Shown here: positions 24,869-36,660 of the stretch, piece after piece
How positions within the stretch are numbered: the stretch's first letter is position 1
How the letters are laid out: each line of letters begins with the position of its first letter
Assembly (NCBI RefSeq): GCF_036321535.1
Contig: NC_087438.1
Span: 9,798,001-9,862,000 of the forward strand
Reading direction: 5' to 3'
From: Camelus dromedarius
Lineage: Eukaryota
DNA: 64,000 bases
Program-made: the position numbers and the translations under genes
The notes under the pieces: model-generated
Database searches by the model: none
What the model was told of the DNA's origin: nothing
What the model saw: only the letters and a program-made list of their open reading frames with translations

Positions 24869-25937
24869 CTAAAGAAATAGTGTCATTGCGTCATTAGCTC
24901 AAATATTTCAACGGGAAGGAAAGATCCTTATAACAATGCTTTATGACATTTGGTTAAAAAAAATGCTAATATTGTTCCATCAGACTGTAGGTAAATGTTA
25001 CTGGTTCATTATATTTACACACAAAAATGAAAATAATTTTTAAAACTGTATTTTATAAAACATTCTATTTTTACACACACTCAAAAATCTAGAGTGAAAA
25101 GTCAACCTGAAGCAAAAAGCACAATTTTTACCACAACTAAATGCCATCAGAATGTGTATACGCATGTATTATTTTGAAAACATTTGTTGGTCAAGATAAT
25201 GAAAAAGCCAAACTGGGATGTTTCCTAAGCACCCATCTGCAACTGATATTTTAAAAGAAGTCTCATAACTTGAAGTAAACTAAACTCAATCATTTCAAGC
25301 CTTTGCTATATGGGGTGAGGGAGAATCTCTGAGATAGATGGTACCCTCCTCATCCCCCAACACAACTATCTTCACTGCATCTTTGGATCTCACGCGAAAG
25401 AATGTTCAGAGCAATCAGTACACAGCAGTAGAATCACTGGAAACATTATTAAATATCCCACTCTAAATCTTCTCTCAGACCCAAAGCAATCCTTTAGTGG
25501 AATCAAGCAGCAACCATGAAATGTTAGAGAGATCTCAATATAGAATAGCCCATTACTGCCAAAAGTAAAAATTTAAATATCCCAATCCTGGAGACTCGGA
25601 TTCACTAAATTAAGTTTTCTCTCTTACAGGAGGCAGCTATCACTGTCTTTGCCAAATAATAAAATTAGTATTTAAGCTTATTTTCTTCTTTGTCTTTTTT
25701 AATTCCATCATCTATGCTGTATTTTGGCATATTGCATCATTAAATAAACTCAGAGTTCAGAGTACAAAAGCAAACACCTTCTGATTTTTAAAAGGCTACC
25801 AAATATTTAACTTCTATAGTCCATGCTTTTTTAGCATCTAAAACCATAACCGTAGAAGTAGAAATATCAGTACCATGCATCAGTATTTTAAGTGAGATCT
25901 GAGAGATTAGAAAAAAAAATTTCAGAGAAAGGTCCCT

Positions 25938-26001
25938 AAAGGAAAGAAAAAGGAAGGAAGGAAAGAAAGAGACAGAGAGAGAAAGAGAGAAAGAAAGAAC
26001 G

Positions 26002-26096
<95 letters not shown>

Positions 26097-26193
26097 GAAA
26101 GAAAGAAAAAGAAAGGAAGAAAGAAAGGAAGAAGGAAAGGAAGGAAGGAAGGAAGGAAAAAAGAAACGGAAGGAAGGAAGGAAGGAAGGAAAG
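25938..26193. repeat. Compound (GAAA)n/(GGAA)n/(GA)n purine tract
   Basis: About 255 nt, almost purely purine on the + strand, with a perfect GAAA core at ~26003-26095. Confidence 0.97.
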
Positions 26194-26594
26194 AGGACAA
26201 TGGAAAATACCTCACCCCAGCTTCTCATGACGTGAGGGGAAGATCTCAGCCCAGTCCCCTCAATCTCAATGACCCCACTGCCTGAAAAAATACGACCGTG
26301 TCATCTAACCTGTGCTTCCCAAAGGAGAGGCACTTGCTTCCTGAGCCTTGGTCACGTGGCCGTGCAAAGGCTAAGGCAGTAGGATGGTCTCTGGAAGACT
26401 ATGAGAAGGCAGAGAAGGCCTTGCCCCTCCTTTTCATCAGTACTGGAGCATTCCCATGACAATACGCAGAGAAACTAATGTATCACAGGAAGAGGAGAGG
26501 CAAGGTATTTTTACTGAGGCAGCGGGGGGTGGTGAAAGTCATGGCAGACCAGAAACCAGAAATATTTTTGCCAGTTCCCAGGTTTATTGGAGAT

Positions 26595-26745
26595 TTCAAA
26601 CAAATCTTAGCCTCTCTGAGCCTCAGCTGCGAGATGGACTAGATGACCTGCTAACCCACAAAGCCAAAAAGTTCTTTTGAAGATCAGATTAGCTCATGCA
26701 TATAAAAGTGCTTTGAAAACAATAAGGTTTCATAAAAATGTTAAG
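26595..26745 (+). mobile_element. MIR relic
   Basis: cttagcctctctgagcctcag...gcatataaaagtgctttgaaaac. Confidence 0.6.
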
Positions 26746-27149
26746 AACAAAAATCTCAGAGTTCAATCCCTTTCCTGTATAGGTTATCCTTTATCTAACT
26801 CAGTTTCCATCCATAAAGTAAAAAAATTATACACAAGGTAACGAATTCTTTCTCTCTGTTTTAGTAGTTGGTAAAAATGGCGAACTTTTGGATTTATTCT
26901 CCAAGCAGAACCCTACAATTTAGACCAAATAAAAGGTGTAACCACAACAACTTGAGTATCTGGATCTCCAAACCCAATGTTTAATAATTTTCAACCTTTA
27001 TCCCGGCAGGTGACTATGGATCTCCATCAGTGAGACAGATCAGCAGCATGTCTGCCCTACAGGGCCGAGTCAACACTTGGTCAATGCCCAACAGGCAAGA
27101 CTCTTACTCTCACGCCTAGAAATTAACTTCTGATCACTTCCAGCCCAAT

Positions 27150-27990
27150 TAAACTTCCCAAACTGGCCTCCTGCTTCTCACCTCATCTTGGTTACTCCCG
27201 AAGTTCTGTTGAGCCTCTCTGCATCACCCCTGCTTGTATCTCTTCTGTTCACATCCCACCTTCTACTTCTCCCTGCTCTGCACACACTCCAGGGGAAATT
27301 CTTCTGGCTTCCCTACCTTGATGAATAGCAGTGCCATATATCGAGTTCCTCAAGCCAGAACTAGGATGTACCAAGTCCAAAAGCTCCACCTTCCTGAGGA
27401 TCTCTTAAATCTGCTCTCTTTTCTTCAACTCTCACTGCCACCACTCATGACACCACCGCCTCTCGCTGAGATCCCTGAGTCAGCCTTCAAACCCTTCCAG
27501 CTTAGCTCCTTCCATCCACTTTCTGTACATGCAAATCCAACATGCCTTCCCTAGTGATGACTGGTTTCCCATCATACTAGGATGAAGTCCCAATTCCTGA
27601 TGACACTTTTAAAGCCCTCCATTTCTCTTCCCTTCCCACTTTCCTCCTAATCTGTACACCAGCCTCTGTTTCCAGGGCCTCAACTGGGACTTCACATGAG
27701 CTGATCCTTTTGCCTGGAACATTCTTTACTGCTCCTCTTCTCTGAGATAACTTTACCCATATTCAGGTCTCAGGTGAAACATCCCTTTCTCTAGGAAGAC
27801 TTTTCTGATCATCCTCGAAACTAGGTTAGGAATTCCCTGCCCGTGTTTCAGCAGAATCTTATCTGCATTTATTTCCTTATCAGAGATAGCGTCTACCTAT
27901 CACACCTCATTTAATGAGTTGCTCAGTTGTCCCCATTGAACTGCTATAAACTCCATGATGACACAGATCTACCTTGTAGATTCTTGAAAT
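27150..27990 (+). mobile_element. L2 relic
   Basis: tttaaagccctccat, ccttttgcctggaacattctt, tcaggtctcaggtgaaacatccctttctctaggaagacttttctga. Confidence 0.65.
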
Positions 27991-28315
27991 CTGAATTAAC
28001 ATTTAGTAAGGATAAATCTCTTCTGAAATGCACTAAAAGGAATACACACAATATTCATATCAAGCATAACATAAAAACAGAGAGGCAATTCTTCACTGTA
28101 ACGAGATGCTGGAGTGTTTCCAAGGCAATTTATTAACGTGAAATTTTCATGGTCCATAACAGAGGTTGAAAGGGGAAGGTGATAACTCGGCATTCAAGAA
28201 GGAAAACTATTATAATTCCTTCAGGTATGAGAAAAATGCATTCTTAACTCCAAGTGGCCTCTGAGAACCGTTTATCAAAATCCATTTCAGGTTAATTAGA
28301 GTGAAAGCGTGTTAC

Positions 28316-28446
28316 CTTGTCAGAGTGATCTGGAAGGAAGCGTAGCCAGCAATGAATGAAGCCAACCTTGTCAAGCTCTGCTTTCCCGATCCGCCCACCC
28401 CAACCAGGAGGGCATTTCCCCGGGGAGTACGAATGACACGCGAGAT
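28316..28446 (-). CDS. DNAH5: DNAH5 exon ~53, AAA4 Walker A
   Basis: 131 nt; [44 protein letters not shown]; donor AAG|GTAACA. Confidence 0.96.
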
Positions 28447-28517
28447 CTAGAATATGGAATACGAAAAGTATGTATCATTTAACAAGTAAATATTCCACTT
28501 TTTCCGTTTCCTCAATA

Positions 28518-28956
28518 CAGGCATACCTCGGAGATACCGCAGGTTCAGTTCCATACCACCATAATAAAGTAAATATCACAATAAAGCAAGTTACACAATA
28601 TTTTTTTGGTTTCCTAGTACATATAAAAGTTATGTTTACACTATACTATTCATGGTGCAATAGCATTACATCTTTTAAAAGTACATACCTTAATTAAAAA
28701 ATACTTCATTGCTAAAAAATGCTAACCATCATCTGAGCCTTCAGTGAGTGATAATCTTTTTGCCAGTGGAGGTTTGAAATACTGTGAGAATTACTGAAAT
28801 GTGACACAGCAAAACAATGTGAGCAAATGCTGTTGGAAAAATGGCGCTGAAAGACTTGCTTATTTAACACAGGATTACCACATACTTTCAATTTGCAAAA
28901 ACCTCAATATCTGCTAAATGCATTAAAGCAAAGTGCAATGAAACAAGGTATGCCTA
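28518..28956. mobile_element. Tigger1 internal-deletion derivative (MITE, 439 bp)
   Basis: TIRs caggcatacct (28518-28528) and aggtatgccta (28946-28956); TA dinucleotide on both sides; both ends match recalled Tigger1 termini. Confidence 0.92.
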
Positions 28957-30558
28957 TATAAGCATTTTGGAAGGCATAGATGTCTTGGGGTCAGAATAGA
29001 AAGATATGCTGGTTGGACTAATGCAGGCATTTCTGAAACAGAACAGTGTTTAAGAAGTATTGGACAGGGTGCGGAGTGGGGAAACCGGGAGAGAGCAGCA
29101 CAGAAAAGTCAGCAGACAGCCCAGACTGTGGCTTGCTCTGGGTCTTCAAGGAGAGAAATAAAGGGGACTTTGGGATTTCCTTTCAATTTGCCAACCTAAC
29201 TCAGTAGGATAGGAAAGACAACAGAAATTTCAAAATAATGTGTATCCTTGGAATATAGAACACATGGTTATTTAGAATATCCTCCACATTTGGAAACTAA
29301 CAGAGTTTAAACTGAAGGCAAGAAAATTTTCAAAATGTGGCATAGGTGATGGAATTAAAAAAGAAGAACAAAATAAGCATAAGCGCTCTCGTTATTTGGC
29401 AAAGTGATGACTAAGGCATCGACTGCGAAGCGGTTACGGATGGAGCGGAAGTCTACTCTATGCCAGTCAGCAGCCCCAGACCATTCCGAGTCACGGTGGT
29501 GGTCACAGTCCACATTTCTTTGGCCTGATTGGCATTGAATGAACTACTTCCACCATCAGGTCTCCAATCCCACCTAAAAGGGATGCACTGTAGAATTCTC
29601 CTGGATGCATTTTTCACCTCATGTGATGACTAGCTTTCCTGCCTAACTGCAGTTTGAGCCTGCAGTGTTGCTGGCCTGTCCGTTCTAATGTTCTCCACAG
29701 CTACATGGGGGCTGAGAAAGGGTCACTTCTCTGCAGCTGGGGGAAGCTTTCTGGTGTAACCCGGGCTGTGCATTCTGACAAGGTTTTGTTCAACACCCTT
29801 TCTCAGGATTCCCTCTCTGGCAGGGGCTATACTCTATTTCTGTTGGGACTATTCCTGCTTTTGGATTATTTCCCCCAATTTAGTGGAGACCATTTTCCCA
29901 CCTCTGTTGTGGACCTGAGAACCTGGTCCACCGATCCCAGCAGGACTGGTAGGTGGTCACTCTGCTCTTCCAGCCTCCTGCTCCTCCTCTCCATGTGATT
30001 CTCTCCAAAGTCACTGTGGGCAGGGAGGAGTGGCTCTGGCAAGAATTCTTAGGCTTGTGCCAGAGTCTGTTTATGTTCTTTCCCTGGCATCACTTCCAGA
30101 GGCATAGATGAGGCAGGTAAGAAGCTACCGCCGGCCAGCCTAGAATCTCCTGTGTCTTTCCTTGGTTAACATTTTTCAAAATACATGGCTTTTGTCATAA
30201 CCATTTCCTTTAGTTGATACTGGTGAATATATTAAGGATTTAAATAATGGTTCTTACTTCGGTATTAGGAACTTTCATCCCAACACTCTTTTCCTAAACT
30301 GGACTTAGGTCTTAACATCAAAATTTTCCATTCCCAGTTTCTGGCACATGATAAACCCTTTAAACATACTTGACAAATGACTACACATGTGAACAAATAG
30401 AAGACTTTAAAAGCAGACTCAAAAAATTCATGATCTAGTTAAAAGCATAAATTATAAAGCACAGTCAAGTGAGAACGTAAAATGGGGCTATTCTGTCCTA
30501 TTATCTATAGATTGTGAGATAGAGATATTCATTTTTTAATACCTTTAGCAAAAATTTT

Positions 30559-30962
30559 TTTAATTTTTTTAATTGAAGTACAGTCAATTACAATGTGTCA
30601 ATTTCTGGTATACAGAACAATGTCCCAGTCTTGCATAAACATATGTATATTTGCTTTCATATATTTTTCCATTAAAGGTTATTACAAGATATTGAACATA
30701 GTTCCCTGTGCTATACAAAAGAAACTGATTTTTATCTATTTTTATATATAGTGGCTAACATTTGTAAATCTCAAACTCCCAAATTTATCCCTTCCCACCC
30801 TCTTTCCCCAGCAACCATAAGATTGTTTCCTATGTCTGCAAGTCTATTTCTGTTTTGAAGATGAGTTCATAGTGTCCTTTTTTAAAAAAATAAATAAAAT
30901 CATTTTAAAATTTAAAAAATAAAATAATTTTTTAAAAATTTCAAAAATTAAAAAAATTGAAA
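30559..30962 (-). mobile_element. Camelid-type L1 3' end with AT-rich filler at its 5' junction
   Basis: 30559-30880 is homologous to 1031 and 23129; TSD agcaaa(a/t)atttt at 30547-30558 and 30963-30974, followed by AAAA. Confidence 0.85.
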
Positions 30963-33073
30963 AGCAAATATTTTAAAAATAAATAATGCCCACCCTGCCC
31001 TGCAGGTGTTCACACTCTAGTGGAGAAGAGACCATGGACGCAATACTGCACTACGGTGAATGCTGGAGAGGAAAGGAATGGTGGCAACGGGAGGAGAAAA
31101 TGGAGAGGAAACATCACTGCTTACGAAGATGAGTCCTAGGTGTGGAGCTGGAATTTGATCGAGATCTTGAGTGATGACTAGAAGTTTATTATGCAAAGAA
31201 GGTGGCACACTGGGCAGGAGTTGGGTTAAATTTTAAGAAGAGGGGATCCATCCAGTGCACAAAGTCTCTGAATCAGCAAAAGGCCTGAGAGGACCTCACA
31301 GGGGTGGGAACTTCAGTAGCTTCAGTGCCAGGTATGGAAATATTGGGAGATGAGGTAGCAAAGGGTTGTTCAGGGCCATACTGGGGACTTGGTTAAATTC
31401 CAAACGTCTTTATCCAGCATCACAAGTGTGCCTGTCTCCACAGTACTCCAACCTGTGAACAATGAGCTGAATAAACCGAGTGCCTGCCCTCACAGAGCTT
31501 ATGGTCCAGTAGAGAAGAGGAACACAGGTAAGTTCGACGCAACACCTGCTGGGGATGCAATACTGGTGAGGTGCTCTGGAATCAGGATGTGTTTAATCAT
31601 AAGCAGTTGACCTTTTCTCTGGGGTGCACCCTAAGCAGAGAGCACCACTCACCAGGAGTAGAGGGGTAGGTAGGGATTAGATCATAACAACTATGCACAT
31701 TATGATTTGAACTTTAACCAAAGAGGCAAAAGAGATATGGCAGAGATATTCTCCACTTTCAAAGAAAATCATTATTTTAATTAAGAAAGGAACTAAGAAG
31801 TATGCTTCGTCTCAGATCACATTGTGTTTTGCTGCAGTTTTCATCTTCAATTCTGTCTCTTGGCTTCTATCATGTCTTACCACTAGGTCACATATTTCAA
31901 GGCTCACACCCACATAACACAGAGTTTGGATGGAACTGTACACAGAAAGCAAGAGTGTAGAAAAGAGGGTTGGCCTAGAAAACAGTGAGGAATGTAGCAT
32001 TTTAGCTCAAAACCTCCAAACATGGATTCTTTGGCCAATCCCAGAGCAGACACGTTAGAGGCTGAGAGGGAGGAAAAACACAATCAAGGACCCTGTGCTG
32101 AAGCACACATGCCTTGAATGTCAAGCCCAAACAAAGTAAAGAAATGCTTGTAACTCATCATCTGTGCTGTAAAACCCATAAAAAAGACAGTTCTAGGGAA
32201 CTTCCTCAAGCATAAGACTAACATAAATAACCTTGTTTCAGTTTGAGCTGTTACGAATCTGATTGGCTTGGGAAAGCCAATCAGATTTTGTCTCCAATAG
32301 ACACCAACTCATGAAGCTGCCTTTGATATTATTTATTTAGAAAATGTTTTCCTTTTTGTCTCCTTTCTTGTAATCATTAAATATGACAGTATCTCTATTC
32401 TTCCTGAGAACAGACTCCTAATTATAAATTAGGAGCTAACTTCAAACTGTTATTTATATTTAGCCTTGGAAGAATATTTGTGCTCATAATTCAGTAGAGA
32501 TGCCTCAGATTCCAAGAATTCAGAGTTTCCAAGCTAAATGTCCTCATGCTAGGGAGAGCCAACCCCAGAACACACTGTCTTCCTCCTTCTCCCACACTGA
32601 CTCCAGCCCTACAGAAATGCCTTCTTCACACTTTTCAGTTTTCAGAGGGAAAGTTGACTAGATATCCTCTAAAATCCTCTCCATTTCTAAGATTCAGTAA
32701 TTATTACAGGTGACAATTTGTAATTACAAGATTGTTCCTCATGGTGAAACTTAAGTAATGGAAGACAGCCCCAAACTGTCTTCTTTCTAATTAAAAAGGA
32801 TGTAGTCTGAAAAAATAATTGACATCAACATAGTGAGAATATCAACAGTGGGTTTTTAATAGCATTATGTTCCACCATCAACAAATTAGGCCATGTAAGT
32901 TATCAGGTAAATAATATATTTTACTTCCAACCTTTGAGGATTAACTGTCTTCTGAACGGAAACTGTAATGACTCGTATGACAAAATAGAAAGGAAACTGC
33001 ACTTTCCTGGCAAATTTCATTTTCACAGAATTTTCATCCCAGCTCATAGTCAATTGTTTATGCACTATTTTTC

Positions 33074-33389
33074 ATTATTGTTCCTAAGTGTGGTAAAATA
33101 CACATGACATAAAATTTACCATCTTAATCATTTGTAAGTGTATAGTCCAATCGCAATAAGTACATTCTCATTGTTGTGCAACCACCACTTCCTTTCATCT
33201 CCAAAACTCTTCATCTTGCAAAAATTAAAGTCTGTACTGTTAAACACTCCTCATTCCCCTCCACTCAGCCCTCGGCAACCAGCATTCTACTTTCCACCTA
33301 GAATGTACTCTAGGTATCTCATATAAGTGGAATTATACAGTGTTTGTGCTTTTGTGACTGGCTCATTTCACTTAGCATAACGCCTTCAA
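33074..33389 (-). mobile_element. L1MB-like 3' end
   Basis: gtggtaaaatacacatgacataaaatttaccatctt...tttcacttagcataa; TSD a(t/c)gcactattttt at 33060 and 33390. Confidence 0.88.
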
Positions 33390-33756
33390 ACGCACTATTT
33401 TTTTATAGTTATCCTTTGCATGATGCAAAAGATAAGCAGACTTTGTGCCTGTGCTCTGGACTCAGATGTCAAGCACATTCATTCTATGTAATGAAAACAC
33501 TGTGCTGAAAGCTGTACAGCAACGCTGAATCGAATTATCACATCCCACATTGGAAGTACACATGCTCTGATTTTAAACCTATAGGCATGACACGTTGCAT
33601 TCAGTTTAGAAAGTAAATTGGAATGTTAACATTGAGTTTATTTTTAAACTGAATACTCTCTTAGGAGATGAAAATGAAAGAGGAAGGAAAGAACTTCTGG
33701 TGTGAAGGCAAGTGGTCTGTCTCTTTGGGGCGGTGCTACTGGGCGTAGCCACTGAC

Positions 33757-33929
33757 CTTGACTAAGTGAACCATCGCATCTGCAAAGAACACCAAATCCA
33801 TGCCTGGGCCACGGATGCTCTCATTATAAAGTTGCAGGAACATATTCAAACGCTCCTTTAGGTGATCAAAAGACTCAACTGGCTCATAAATTTTGGGCAT
33901 CTCAGCATCAGCTTCCTCAGACGTTTCAC
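33757..33929 (-). CDS. DNAH5: DNAH5 exon ~52
   Basis: 173 nt; [58 protein letters not shown]; donor AAG|GTCAGT. Confidence 0.96.
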
Positions 33930-34974
33930 CTGGGATTGGGGAAGATGAATCGACTAAGTTTCTTCACATCACTGGACTTTACCACTTTCTTCAACCTAAA
34001 TTAATACACTCATAGCTCTGCAATTTAGCACAAAATAATACTGATTTTCATCCAAATGTCGTAGTACATACTTTTAGAAAAGAAACAAACAATAGTAGAA
34101 GCATTAGAATTTTTCTGATCATATGCAGTCTTAATTCTTCCACGTCTTCAAAGGGCCAATTTCAGATAATGACATATACAGTGAATTTAATTTGAACCCA
34201 TAATTTACCATTGTCATTTCAAGAATCCTCCCTGAGATATTCGCTTAGTGGTCAAAATGAAGATCAGAAAAATAGGGATTTAAGGTCAAAATCAGCAAGA
34301 GAGATCAAGAATTAAATGATTTTTAAATAAGAATAAAAAGAAAAAGGTCATTGTATTCACTTAAGAAATTTTTATGATTCAGGAATTTGGGGCTAGTGGT
34401 GAGGACAGAAGTAAATTTGGGGGAAGAGGTGGAGGATTGAGAAAAAATAGAAAAAAATTTACTAAATAAATAAACTTACTGAATTATTTCACTGGGAAAA
34501 CTATTAGAACCAATACACTTTTTTAAAAATTAGAAACACATAATATACCAGTTTAACACTTTTCCAACTTCAACTTATAAAGCATAATGTCAAAGAAAAA
34601 GCTAAATTGTACATATAAAAATTTGCTACCGGTTGACATTAGTCAGGAAACAGTGACAGGAAAAAGGGTGACATAGTTGAATAAACGAATAAAACTTAGA
34701 AATTCACTGGGTACTAGAAAAGTGAGTGGAGCTTCCAAATCTAATAGCAAATAACTACTTTCAATTGATCCTGTCCTGATATAACAGTGTATTAAACATT
34801 TTATGCCATAGCAAATAAATTGATTTAACATAATCATTAAGATTGGCCTATTTGCAAAGCTCTGACTAATTTAATTTCAATAGTTAATTATTTCATAAAT
34901 GTTCAACTCAAGCTTTGAGAAACAAAGTGCTTTGAAGTCATGAAAAGGTCTATGTTTGCCTCTAGACTCGTTCA

Positions 34975-35029
34975 CCCCACCCCCACCCAAACTCCCAACC
35001 CCCAACCCTACCCCCACCCCACCCCCACC
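34975..35029 (-). other. G-rich tract with G-quadruplex potential on the sense strand
   Basis: Nine runs of 3 or more C on the + strand, separated by 1-5 nt. Confidence 0.75.
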
Positions 35030-35649
35030 TCGGAATGCTTCAGTTGTGCTTTGCTTCCTGAAAACCATCATCTAACTGTTTATCCTTCTGCATTAGAAGA
35101 AATTAGATATATAAATTCTAATTACCTTGTAAACGCTCTTACCCTTACACAACTTTTGAATATGTGTGACCTGATTTAAAATAAAACGTGTCAGCTTCTT
35201 TCTGTGGAAGGATCATTCCAACTGCATAGCCAGCAATAAACCTCCTTTTGCAATTGTCACTCAGAGACTTAACAGATCACACACACCCTCATCCAATCTA
35301 GTAAAGGGCTGCCTGGTCATTTTCAATCATTTGGAAGATATAAATAGCATGTGTTTAAATATAACTTTTTATATATGAAAATTAACTTAAAAGTCACCTC
35401 CAGTATTAGAGAGGCTTCTAAATGAAAGAAAAATGTTCTGCTTTAAGCTCAGTTATTTCTGAGGGAAAAAATATAATTGGAATACTGCCTCTTTTCATAA
35501 GAAAAATAGTATATTTCAATTTTTCATGGAACCATAACCACAAAATCTTGCCTCCAAATCGCCCACCTCTTTCTAATTATATTCAGTGGCCCTCTCAGAT
35601 AATTTGAGGTTTTTCTTTTTATTTTCAACACCTGGGAATACTCAAGTAA

Positions 35650-35890
35650 TAATGATCATATTTTTGATACCTTTCATTTGGCAGTGAGCACAAGCCACAG
35701 ACTGCCCAAGCCGTCTACTCGTAACATTTCATCTACTTCCCCCAGGATGCATATGTTAATATTTCCATTTTTATAAAAGAGGAGAATGAGGCTTAAGAAA
35801 GTTCAGAGACTTGTCCAGCTAATGTGTGGGAGATCCCTTCCTTGATGTGACAGCCGTTAAGCCTTGTGCACTTTATTCCCTATCCTGCCT
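35650..35890 (-). mobile_element. MIR relic
   Basis: ccatttttataaaagaggagaatgaggcttaagaaagttcagagacttgtcca. Confidence 0.6.
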
Positions 35891-36113
35891 CCGGACTCTA
35901 CCTTAGTACCCAAGACCGATATGCATGAACATGGTTAATCTTTCAGTTCCATGAGTATGCATTTAACCACTCATTCTATGTTCACTGAGCACTTACTATG
36001 TCCCAAGCTTGTTTCAGCAAAGTTTACTAGACAGAAATTCAACATCCCTGAACTGAATCTTCTGTTGTCGGGTATACCTCTAAGGAATTTCAAATTCTGC
36101 TTCAGTGGTTTAC

Positions 36114-36312
36114 CTGTGGCTTCAGGGGCATCCCTCAAGAAATCCACAAAGTAAGTGTCAATTCCACAGTCCACCAAGAGTTTTTTCTCTGCACCAAACT
36201 CCTCCTCCACCAAGCTGACTAAAGTCCTCTCAAACCAGGTCACATCATCAGACACCGTGAAACGATCCGCTATCACACGTTTGCACTCGTGCTTCCACAG
36301 CCGTAACAGTTC
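36114..36312 (-). CDS. DNAH5: DNAH5 exon ~51
   Basis: 199 nt; [27 protein letters not shown]...[13 protein letters not shown]; donor CAG|GTAAAC. Confidence 0.96.
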
Positions 36313-36504
36313 CTGTCAAAATCATTATTAAAACGTGTTACTAATCCCCATGATGCTAGAGTTGGGAATGCAAGTTAACGCTGTCGCAGAGTACTATCCT
36401 TTCTGTTCTAAGAGGCTACGTTTTAAAAAGTTAAGGCTGACATTATTGGTTTCCTTTTAATGGGAACAACAGGTCTGGGGGCACATTAGAAAAGATCCTA
36501 GACT

Positions 36505-36660
36505 AACGGTTTTCATTTGGTATTTTATCACCAAAGGACATTTTTGGTTGCCAAAATGATCTAGGGGACATTACTGGCATTTGCACAAGGGATGAAGAGA
36601 TATAAAACTTGTTTTGCACAGTCTTAGTAGACAATAATTTTTCTATGGAAATAACTGCCC
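36505..36660 (+). mobile_element. MER20/MER20B-like relic
   Basis: ggacatttttggttgccaaaatga...cattactggcattt. Confidence 0.5.

Noticed and set aside
25788..26228. Phe/Leu/Ser-rich ORFs of 146 and 97 aa
   Set aside because: They are translations of the (TTTC)n microsatellite.
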